A program made the translations under genes and the position numbers. From positions 3,743 to 67,742 of the forward strand of contig DATKNZ010000401.1 of NCBI GenBank assembly GCA_035541055.1: a stretch of 64,000 nt of DNA, in the 5' to 3' direction. This document shows, one piece after another, positions 1 through 8,363 of the stretch (position 1 is its first letter; each line of letters opens with the position of its first letter). This DNA comes from Candidatus Acidiferrum sp. (GTDB lineage Bacteria; Verrucomicrobiota; Verrucomicrobiia; Limisphaerales; UBA8199). The notes under the pieces were generated by a model. That model did no database searches and had not been told where the DNA came from. It was given only the letters and a program-made list of their open reading frames with translations.

Positions 1-582
1 AATGTTGATGCTATACGTGGCAGCGTTGGCCCCGCTGATGCGCGTGACCGTGGTCAGCGCGTAAGGGAATCCGAGCGTGATGGGCGTGCTGGAAACAAGG
101 TTGCTGTAGCCGGCAGCCCCGGGATAAACGTCGCCGGAGTCCGTCAGTTCCGAGGTCATGGCCTCCGCTACGTCGTTCGTGTCGTAGTAGGTGGTGAAAG
201 ACACAGCGCCGCCTGCGCCACTCGCCGCCTGCCCGGTCATGAGGCTCCAGAACTGGCCCGTCGTAGGGCCAAAGTCGGTATCCGAGAAGTAGATGTATAG
301 ATCATTCACGGGCGTGGCCCCGAGCGAGGTTGCCTGGATGACGACCTCAAGGTTTGGACTCACGGCGTTCCCGAAAACGGGCTTGCTGAAGCCGGAGGTG
401 ATGACAACGCTCCATGAATCATTGAAGCTGGTGTTGACGTAAGTGACCTTGCCGGAGGCATCCGTGATTGGACCGCTGGAGACCACTCCGTCGGTGACGA
501 TGAGTGTGGGGGTGGCGTAAGCCGCCAGACAAGTAGTCAAGGCGGCACCCGCTATGCAGGTTTTGATTTGAGTAAGTTTCAT
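1..582 (-). CDS. Secreted hypothetical protein, N-terminal part only (ORF runs off the left edge)
   Basis: Hand translation of the minus strand from ATG at 582..580 gives 194 sense codons to position 1 with no stop: MKLTQIKTCIAGAALTTCLAAYATPTLIVTDGVV... It has a signal-peptide-like N-terminus. It is absent from the ORF track because no stop lies in the window. Confidence 0.55.
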   Translation of the reverse strand, partial: MKLTQIKTCIAGAALTTCLAAYATPTLIVTDGVVSSGPITDASGKVTYVNTSFNDSWSVVITSGFSKPVFGNAVSPNLEVVIQATSLGATPVNDLYIYFSDTDFGPTTGQFWSLMTGQAASGAGGAVSFTTYYDTNDVAEAMTSELTDSGDVYPGAAGYSNLVSSTPITLGFPYALTTVTRISGANAATYSINI

Positions 583-1460
583 TCGTGCTATCGTGTATTG
601 GTTACTTCTTACCTATGCGTTGTTAGGAGGCGTTCCGCAGATTCGCCGGGAACTGACCGGCCGAGCCTACCCCCGATGCGGATGCAGCCTACGCCCGCGC
701 ACTCCCAACGAGAGCATTTCACCAGCCCTCATGTAAAACCCCGTGCCGACCTTCTTCCAATGAAGGCCCACGTACCTGCTGCGCTTTGATTAGCGCTATT
801 TGCATCGTGTTCTGACCGCTACTAGCTCTGCTCTTAGCGGGCTCAATGCCAAGTACGGCTGACTGGCCTATGCTATGCGATAAGCATTTGATTAGCAGGT
901 ACTTGAGAGGCATCCCAACAAGTACGGATGGGGGTTCTTGCGCGGGCGGAAGGGAGACGAGTGGCAAGTTTCCCGACGTCAGAGCAGTCGCTCCGTATTG
1001 CGTTTATATGTGTATATGGCTGTGGGACAGGGCTTTAAGTGTAGGGCGTGTGGTAGATGGCAGATGTGTAAGGAATCCCGACGCTCCTCGGCCGCACAAG
1101 CGGAGCGTGCCCGTCCGGGGGCGCCGCAATCTCGTTCGCCAGCAGCACATCGCTGCTTCTTGAGCCTCGGGGCGTCCCTGCAATGCTTCGCCCGAGGACG
1201 GGCGCGCTGCGCGTGATCTTGACGCTTTACGCGTGCGCGCAGCGCGGGTCTTCGGCAGGCGCCGGAAGCGGATAGGCGGTTTTTCGGCCTAAACGCGGAC
1301 TGGCATTCGCGGTGCTTAGCATTGCACATAGCCTGGCGGCATGGCAGTAATGGTCCGGGTTTTGCCGCGCCAGGTGTGCACTCAGACGCACATTGCAGCC
1401 GGAGCGCGCTTGAGTTAGACCGGGAGCAAGTTCGGTCAAGTATCCGTCAATCAGAGAGCT

Positions 1461-4400
1461 ATGAAAACAAACCTTATGCCTCACCATCATTCCTCGTTCA
1501 TCCGTTACGCCCTCGGCTGCCTGGCGCTGTTGCTGCCGGGCCTGGCCATGGCCGCGGTCACGTTCACCAATAACACGGCCATTAACGCCCTCAACACGAA
1601 CTACGATGGCATGGACATCGTGGTTACCAACTGCACGCTGACCGTGGATGGCGCGCACTCGTTCGCGAGCCTCCAAGTGCTCGACGGGGCCAACCTCACG
1701 CACACCGCCGCGCCGGCGGGGACCGTGGACGTCTGGGCGAGCGTCAGCAATGAGCTGCAGGTGCTGAGCGCTACCAACGCCGCCACGCTCTCGAATGCCT
1801 ACGTGCTCCCGGGCAGCATCGTGGTCCAGGACCCGACCGGGCAGACGAACTACGGGCTGGCAGTGGATTACACCCTTGACGTGGACTCGAACGGCATGAC
1901 GACGCTGCTGCTCCTGCCCAACTCGAACATCCCCGAGGGGAGCACGAACCTGGTCAGCTACTCGTATCGCGCGTCCGAAGTAACGGGCGGGCTTAGCCTC
2001 ACGGTCACCGGCGACGTGACGGTGGCCCAAGGGGGAACGATCAACACGGACGGCAGAGGCTACAGCGGCGGAATAGGGCCGGGGGCAGGCAGCCAGGCCG
2101 GCTCGCCGCTCAGCGGCAGCGGGGGAGGACAGGGTGGGACGGGCGGGCAAAGCGCTTCATTGGCGTCAGGGGGGTTCGCCAACGACTCGCTCCAGCAGCC
2201 TACGTATCTTGGGAGCGGCGGCGGTTCCGGCAGCGGCGGACTTGGCGGCACCGGTGGCGGGAGCATCAAGCTGGTGGTCGGCGGCACCCTGCGGGTGGAT
2301 GGAACGGTTTCGGCCAACGGCAGCACTGGCCTTAACGAGCGCTCCGGCGGCGGTTCCGGCGGCAGCGTATGGCTCAGTGCCCAGACCTTCGCCGGCAATG
2401 GGTTGATTCTGGCCAACGGCGGCGCAGGCGAGCCGGCCCAGGGCGGCGGCGGCGGCGGGGGGCGGGTGGCGGTCTGGTATGGCGTCAGCTCGTTCGGCGG
2501 CACGATGGCCACGCGTGGCGGCAGCGGCTACCAGCGTGGCGGCGCAGGCACGATCTACACCCGTGTGAACAGCCAGCCTGCGGGGCAGGTGCTGGTGGAT
2601 AACGGCGGGAAGGCGGGGGCCGCTACCATGTGGCTAACCACACCCGAGTTCTTTGACGTTACTGTGCAGGGCGGGGCCATGGTTTCGCTTGTCGGTGCTC
2701 CGGCTTGGGGCAACCTGTTGGTCGCCTCGAATGCGTCGGTCAGTGTCCCCTACAGCATAGCTGGGGCAATCAGCCTTACTGTTACGAACAATGTCACGGT
2801 CCAGGCAGGCGGCAGCATCAACGCCGATGGGTTGGGCAATGCCTCGGGTGCCGGCTCGGGCGAGGGCCACGCCGTCACAAGCGCTGGCAGTTACGCTGCG
2901 AGCGGCGGGGGCTATGGCGGGTATGGAGGCACGGCGAGTGCGTCAGCAATCCTGTCGGCGCTGGGCGGCGGCACATACGGCTCAGTGACCGCTCCCAATG
3001 AGCTGGGCAGTGGCGGCGGCCAGTACCTGCCCCAGTGCGTCAGCGGTGCGGGCGGAGGTCTTGTCATTCTAACCGTCAACGGCATGTTGCTCCTCGATGG
3101 CCAACTGTCGGCCAACGGCCTCGCCGGGGTGACCGAAGGCGGCGGCGGCGGCTCGGGCGGCGGGATACGCCTCACGGTCGGCACGCTGGCCGGGGCAGGC
3201 ACGATTTCGGCCAATGGCGGCGCGGGTTACGGCGCCGGCCTTGGAGGCGGGGGCGGGGGCGGCGGTGGACGCATCGCCCTGCAGTACGGCATGAACCTGT
3301 TCTTCGGCAGAATGACTGCCTGGGGCGGCGTGGGGACCTTCACCGGCGGCGCGGGCACGATCTACACCAAGGCCAACAGCCAGCCCTCGGGCCTGGTGCT
3401 GGCCGACAATGGGGGGCAGGCGGGAACGAACACGACCTTTGGCAGCGGAAGCGTGGGCACCGTTGACCTCACCGTCAGGAATGGAGCGGTGCTCGTCCCG
3501 CTAGTGTCGCAGACTGTCGGCACGTTGCTGGTCGGAACAAACGGCTGGCTGCTTATGAGCAATCAGTGGGTCACGGTGGCGGGCAATGCCACGGTTCAGC
3601 CGGGCGGGGGCATCATTGCCGACGCAACGGGCTACGGCGCGGGCTTGGGCACCGGTCGTGGCGGCTATCTCGTGATCAGCGCCGGGAGCGTTGCAGGTGG
3701 CGGCGGCTATGGAGGTTGTGGCGGCAGCAGCGGCTCGCTTCCGTCGCCGTCCGACGGTCCGGCTGCCGGAGGGACGACTTACGGATACCTGGCCGCACCT
3801 ACAGACATGGGCAGCGGGGGAGGCTCACCGGCAGGAACCGTTGCCCAGGGAGGTGTGGGCGGCGGCGCAATTCGGCTCAGCGTCACCGGCGTGCTGGAGG
3901 TGGACGGTAGGATTTCGGCGCTGGGCGGCGCGGCGCCGACCTCGAGCGGCGGCGGCGGTTCCGGCGGAAGCATTTTCCTGACGGTGGGCACACTGACCGG
4001 CGCGGGGACCATCGCCGCGAATGGCGGCATGGGCAACTACCTGGGCGGCGGGGGCGGCGGCGGGCGCATCGCCATCCTGTACGGAGGGTATGATTTCACG
4101 GGGCTGGTCTCGGCCTACGGCGGGGCCGGGTACATGAACGGCGGCGCGGGCACTATCTTTACGATGGCCAACAACTCGCCCTGGGGGCAGGTGGTTGCGG
4201 ACAACGGCGGCCAGGCGGGCACCAATACGAGCTGGCTCCAGACCAGCACAGTTGACCTGACGGTCAGGGGCGGAGCGGTGGTTTCGCCCCCGACATCACA
4301 ATCCCTCGGCTCGGTGGTGGTATCCTCGAATGGGACGCTTACCCTCAGCAGCCAAATCCTAACCGTAAGTGGGAGCATGACGGTTCAGGCCGGCGGCGCC

Positions 4401-7400
4401 GTGAGCGCGGATGGCACAGGGTATGGCAGCGGCCAAGGGACGGGCGCCGGCAGGTCTTATTCCATGAACGGTTATGTCGGCGGTGGCGGTGGTTACGGCG
4501 GCTACGGCGGGTCGGGCGCCAGCAACACCATCTCCTATTTAGCACCCGGCGGCACTACGTACGGGTCCTTCACATCGCCGATTGACCTCGGCAGCGGCGG
4601 CGGCGGATACGGACTGGCTTATGCCGGCTACGCCAACGGTGGCGCCGGCGGCGGGGCCGTGCGCCTGACGGTGAACGGCACGCTGCAAGTGGATGGACGA
4701 CTCTCCGCGCGCGGTTTGCCGGCCTCCGCCCCGAGCGCGGGCGGCGGCTCCGGGGGGACGATCAACCTGAGCGTGGGCTCGCTAGCCGGCTCGGGCGTGA
4801 TCTCGGCCAATGGCGGCGCGGGCCTCGGCCTGGGCGGCGGCGGCGGGGGTGGGCGCATTGCGATCACCCTGTCCGGCAACGCAAACACCTTCTCGGGGCA
4901 GATGACCGCTTACGGCGGCGACGGCTATGCGGTGGGCGGGGCCGGCAGCATCTATGTCAAGCCCTACAACGGGTCGGCCCCGATTGTCTTCGACAACGGC
5001 GGGCAAACGGGCACCAACTCCGGGTGGCCCACCGGCGGCACGTTCGACGTTACGATCAAGAATGGCGCGTCCCTGGCCCTGGTGGCTGCGACTTCGGTCG
5101 GCAACCTGGTGGTAGGCTCGAACGGTTGGATCTACGTCAGCGGCCAAAGCGCGCTCAGCGGGCAGACATTCTCGGTTAACGGGAATGCCACGATCCAGGC
5201 GGGCGGGGGCATCATCGCCGATGCCGGCGGCTACTCATATTACAATGGAGGGGTTGGACCGGGCGGCGGCACTTACCTTTCGCAAAGCAGCGGCTACGTC
5301 AGCAGCGGCGGCGGCTTTGGCGGGTTAGGTGGGGCAAGTGGCGGCACGACAAGCCTTGCGGGGGGCAAAACCTCCGGCCTGGTAACGGCCGGGGGGGCCG
5401 GCAGCGCGGGGGGTACCTACGCCAACTACTTCCTGGGGGGCGCCGGCGGCGGCGCGATTATCCTCAATGTCACCGGCACGCTCGAAGTGGATGGCCGCAT
5501 TTCATCGGCCGGCCAGGCAGGGCTCAGCCCCAATGCAGGCGGCGGCGCCGGCGGCGGGATCATGCTGACCGTCGGCACGCTGGCCGGCTCCGGTGTGATC
5601 GCGGCCAATGGCGGCGCCGGCAACGGCCTCGGCGGGGGCGGCGGCGGCGGACGGATTGTCGTCAATTACACTAAGCTGGCTTTCGACGGCCTGATGACCG
5701 CTTACGGCGGCAACGGCTACAACCGGGGAGGCGCGGGCACCATTTACACCAAGCCCAACAGCGCCGCCTGGGGGCAGGTGCTCGTGGATAATGGCGGCCA
5801 GGCCGGCGCCATCACAAGCTGGACGAGCGGCGGAACGCTTGACCTGACAATCAGCGGCGGCGGCAACGTCGGCCCGCAAGCCTCGAGCACTTACGGCAAC
5901 CTGCTGGTGACCTCGAACGCCTGGCTCAGCCTGACCAATCAGACGATCACGGTGGTGAGCAATGCGACGGTGCTGGCGGGCGGCGGCATCATCGCTGATT
6001 CCGCGGGCTATGGCGGCGGCTCAGGCCTGGGCTCCGGGAAGTATGTCTCTACCCCGATCGGTTACGTTGGCGGCGGCGGCGCTTACGGCGGCTACGGCGC
6101 AGCGGGGGGCGCGCCCTCGGGCTACTCGGCCTGGGGCGGGTTCCCCTATCCCATTGTCACCTCGCCCACGGGCCTGGGGAGCGGCGGCGGCACCATGGTC
6201 ACGGCTGGTCCGGCCACCGGGAGCGCAGGCGGCGGGGTCGTTCGCCTGAACGTCACGGGCCTGCTGCTGGTCAATGGCCGGGTCTCGGCTAATGGCGGGG
6301 CAGGCATCGCCCAAGGCTCGGGCGGCGGCTCGGGCGGCAGCGTGTGGTTGAACGTCGGCACGCTGGCCGGCGGGGGCACGATCTCCGCCAACGGCGGCGC
6401 CGGGAACGAGTTGGGCGGCGGCGGCGGCGGCGGCTGTGTGTCCGTCCAATACAGCACGAGCGCCTTCGAGGGGCTCATCTCCGCTTACGGCGGGGGCGGT
6501 TACGCGTGGGGCGGCGCCGGCACCGTTTATACGCAGGCCAAGAGCCAGATTACCGGACAGTTGTTTGTGGATAATGGCGGCAACTCCGGCACCAACACCC
6601 CGGTGCCTTACCTGGCGCCCTTTGACCTGACCATTCGTGGCGGGGCCGTAGCTTATCCTTCCGCCTCGCCTCTCTTGCTCAGCAATCTTTATGTGAACTC
6701 GGGCGGCGTCTTCACCAGCCTGAACACGTCGAGCAACCTGGACCTGACGGTGCTCGGCAACGCGACCGTTGACGCCAGCAGCGCGATCAGCGTGGACGCC
6801 AAGGGCTTCTCCGTCATCCGCTGGCCAGGCCCCGGGCCCGGCGCGGGCACGCTCACCAACTACGACGGCAGCGGCGGCGGCTATGGCGGTCAGGGCGGCG
6901 CCTCCGCGTCCGGCCCCGGCGGCGGCACCTACGGCTCGGTGCAGCAGCCGGTGGACCGCGGCAGCTCCGGCGGCGCGAGCGGGGTCGGCGGCGGCTCGGA
7001 AGGCGGCGGCGCAATCAAGCTGACCGTGGGCGGGTTGCTGGCCCTGAACGGCCGGCTCAGCGCCGAAGGCGACGCGGGCCTGCAGGACGATTCCGGCGGC
7101 GGCTCAGGCGGCAGCGTATGGGTCACCGCCGCAGCGCTGGCTGGCACCGGCGCCATCACCGCGGACGGCGGCATGGGGCAACTGTGGGATGGCGGCGGCG
7201 GCGGCGGCGGACGCATCGCCGTCTATGCTCTGGCGAACAGCTTTACCGGCAGCATGTCGGCCACCGGCGCCACGGGGTTCTTCCCTGGCCAGAACGGTTC
7301 CATTTACACCAGTGCCACTCCACCCCCGCCGGTCGTGACGACTTCGCCCACAGGCACCCTCAATAGCGCGGTCGGCATTCTGGGCATTACTTTCAGCACG

Positions 7401-8090
7401 CCGGTCAACGCGGCTTCGGTCAACCCGACGACGGTGGGCCTCATCGCCCCGGGCGGCTTAACGGTCAGCAACCTTGTGGTGCAATCGATCAATCCCTACG
7501 CGTTCCAGGTCGTTGCCCCGCTGCAATCCGCCCAGGGCACTTATCTCATCACGGTGGGGCCGGGCGTGCAAAACTTCCTCGGACTGCCTGTGTCGCAGGT
7601 CTATACTGGTTCCTTCGCCATCGCCTGGAGCACCGTGCAGGGCACCGTCACGGACACCAACGGCCTGCCCGTAGCCGGCGTCGTCATCCAGCCCGACAGC
7701 GGCACTCCCTCCACCACCACGGACACGAATGGCCAGTATGTGCTCAGCGTACCCCCGGGGGTGACCTTCCACGTGACGCCCTCCGCCCCGGGCCTGTCCT
7801 TCATCCCCAGCTATCGCACCTACAGCAGCGTCAGCAGCCCGATCTCCGGCGAGAACTACACTGCGGTAAGCGCCGTCGTGCCCACCCTCGCGACGCAGGT
7901 CCAGAGCAATGGCCTGTCGCTGACCTGGTATGGCTTGTCCAACGTCACGTACCAGCCGCTCTACTCGACGAACCTGGTGGACTGGTATCCCTATAACAGC
8001 ACCATCCCCGGCACCAACGGGCCGCTGGAGTTGGATGTCCCGCTGGACACCGGCCCCATCATGTTCTTCAGGATGGGCGTGACTTACTAA
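1461..8090 (+). CDS. Giant secreted glycine-rich repeat protein (2209 aa), function unknown
   Basis: Longest ORF in the window. Signal-peptide-like 'ALGCLALLLPGLAMAAV'. Seven internal ~263-aa units, each with 'TVQAGG.I.ADG.GY', 'GGAGGGA(I/V)RL.V.G.L.VDGR(I/L)SA', 'GGGGGGGRIA' and 'GGAGTIYT...GQV(L/V)(V/A)DNGG.AGTNT'. The tail has a carboxypeptidase-regulatory-like segment 'GTVTDTNGLPVAGVVIQPD...TDTNGQYVLSVPPG' and ends 'MFFRMGVTY'. Confidence 0.85.
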   Translation: MKTNLMPHHHSSFIRYALGCLALLLPGLAMAAVTFTNNTAINALNTNYDGMDIVVTNCTLTVDGAHSFASLQVLDGANLTHTAAPAGTVDVWASVSNELQVLSATNAATLSNAYVLPGSIVVQDPTGQTNYGLAVDYTLDVDSNGMTTLLLLPNSNIPEGSTNLVSYSYRASEVTGGLSLTVTGDVTVAQGGTINTDGRGYSGGIGPGAGSQAGSPLSGSGGGQGGTGGQSASLASGGFANDSLQQPTYLGSGGGSGSGGLGGTGGGSIKLVVGGTLRVDGTVSANGSTGLNERSGGGSGGSVWLSAQTFAGNGLILANGGAGEPAQGGGGGGGRVAVWYGVSSFGGTMATRGGSGYQRGGAGTIYTRVNSQPAGQVLVDNGGKAGAATMWLTTPEFFDVTVQGGAMVSLVGAPAWGNLLVASNASVSVPYSIAGAISLTVTNNVTVQAGGSINADGLGNASGAGSGEGHAVTSAGSYAASGGGYGGYGGTASASAILSALGGGTYGSVTAPNELGSGGGQYLPQCVSGAGGGLVILTVNGMLLLDGQLSANGLAGVTEGGGGGSGGGIRLTVGTLAGAGTISANGGAGYGAGLGGGGGGGGGRIALQYGMNLFFGRMTAWGGVGTFTGGAGTIYTKANSQPSGLVLADNGGQAGTNTTFGSGSVGTVDLTVRNGAVLVPLVSQTVGTLLVGTNGWLLMSNQWVTVAGNATVQPGGGIIADATGYGAGLGTGRGGYLVISAGSVAGGGGYGGCGGSSGSLPSPSDGPAAGGTTYGYLAAPTDMGSGGGSPAGTVAQGGVGGGAIRLSVTGVLEVDGRISALGGAAPTSSGGGGSGGSIFLTVGTLTGAGTIAANGGMGNYLGGGGGGGRIAILYGGYDFTGLVSAYGGAGYMNGGAGTIFTMANNSPWGQVVADNGGQAGTNTSWLQTSTVDLTVRGGAVVSPPTSQSLGSVVVSSNGTLTLSSQILTVSGSMTVQAGGAVSADGTGYGSGQGTGAGRSYSMNGYVGGGGGYGGYGGSGASNTISYLAPGGTTYGSFTSPIDLGSGGGGYGLAYAGYANGGAGGGAVRLTVNGTLQVDGRLSARGLPASAPSAGGGSGGTINLSVGSLAGSGVISANGGAGLGLGGGGGGGRIAITLSGNANTFSGQMTAYGGDGYAVGGAGSIYVKPYNGSAPIVFDNGGQTGTNSGWPTGGTFDVTIKNGASLALVAATSVGNLVVGSNGWIYVSGQSALSGQTFSVNGNATIQAGGGIIADAGGYSYYNGGVGPGGGTYLSQSSGYVSSGGGFGGLGGASGGTTSLAGGKTSGLVTAGGAGSAGGTYANYFLGGAGGGAIILNVTGTLEVDGRISSAGQAGLSPNAGGGAGGGIMLTVGTLAGSGVIAANGGAGNGLGGGGGGGRIVVNYTKLAFDGLMTAYGGNGYNRGGAGTIYTKPNSAAWGQVLVDNGGQAGAITSWTSGGTLDLTISGGGNVGPQASSTYGNLLVTSNAWLSLTNQTITVVSNATVLAGGGIIADSAGYGGGSGLGSGKYVSTPIGYVGGGGAYGGYGAAGGAPSGYSAWGGFPYPIVTSPTGLGSGGGTMVTAGPATGSAGGGVVRLNVTGLLLVNGRVSANGGAGIAQGSGGGSGGSVWLNVGTLAGGGTISANGGAGNELGGGGGGGCVSVQYSTSAFEGLISAYGGGGYAWGGAGTVYTQAKSQITGQLFVDNGGNSGTNTPVPYLAPFDLTIRGGAVAYPSASPLLLSNLYVNSGGVFTSLNTSSNLDLTVLGNATVDASSAISVDAKGFSVIRWPGPGPGAGTLTNYDGSGGGYGGQGGASASGPGGGTYGSVQQPVDRGSSGGASGVGGGSEGGGAIKLTVGGLLALNGRLSAEGDAGLQDDSGGGSGGSVWVTAAALAGTGAITADGGMGQLWDGGGGGGGRIAVYALANSFTGSMSATGATGFFPGQNGSIYTSATPPPPVVTTSPTGTLNSAVGILGITFSTPVNAASVNPTTVGLIAPGGLTVSNLVVQSINPYAFQVVAPLQSAQGTYLITVGPGVQNFLGLPVSQVYTGSFAIAWSTVQGTVTDTNGLPVAGVVIQPDSGTPSTTTDTNGQYVLSVPPGVTFHVTPSAPGLSFIPSYRTYSSVSSPISGENYTAVSAVVPTLATQVQSNGLSLTWYGLSNVTYQPLYSTNLVDWYPYNSTIPGTNGPLELDVPLDTGPIMFFRMGVTY
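1960..7320 (+). repeat. Seven tandem in-frame repeat units of roughly 780-810 bp inside the giant ORF
   Basis: Codons for the landmark GGAGTIYT / GGAGSIYV / QNGSIYT recur near 2545, 3352, 4142, 4936, 5730, 6512 and 7290. Each unit also carries a (GGC)n-rich run coding poly-Gly followed by R(I/V)A. Confidence 0.8.
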
Positions 8091-8126
8091 CAACGAGCAA
8101 CCCGGCGGCTCTGGGTCTGGCTCTGA

Positions 8127-8339
8127 AGGCCCGCGGAATGGACGCCCGAAGCGGTTGCTTCGAGCGGCACCAGCGGAGCGCTGGGCCATGACGGCCTCAA
8201 GGCATGGTTGCGTGACGGCACTGTCGTGCCGGAGCCCCCGTCGGGAGTGCTAAGGGTGGTCGGCGCGGCGGGAGTCCGGATTAGTGGGCGCACGGGCGAG
8301 GGGACGAAGCTGTTGAAGCTTGATCGCAGCCGTGTTTAG
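8127..8339 (+). pseudogene. Decayed 3' remnant of a PEP-CTERM protein gene (no start codon)
   Basis: The frame-0 reading between TGA 8124-8126 and TAG 8337-8339 gives '...GLKAWLRDGTVVPEPPSGVLRVVGAAGVRISGRTG...'. It parallels '...DAFNAWFREGTFVPEPASGLLMLLGAASLFFTRRLGRS' of the next gene at protein level. It is also visibly similar at nucleotide level (8199-8275 versus 8856-8935). The hydrophobic stretch is interrupted by Arg and there is no ATG. Confidence 0.5.
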
Positions 8340-8363
8340 TATCTATAATCCTCCCAGCTTACT

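Noticed and set aside
2441-2466. (GGC)n runs in the giant ORF as frameshift-type phase-variation tracts
   Set aside because: The repeat unit is a triplet, so slippage changes only the Gly-run length and keeps the reading frame. It is noted as a possible source of length polymorphism only.
8088-8339. Programmed stop-codon readthrough joining the giant ORF to the PEP-CTERM-like fragment
   Set aside because: Two in-frame stops (TAA 8088, TGA 8124) would have to be bypassed. The tag is degenerate. The giant protein already ends with the same FYR-type tail at which two other proteins terminate.
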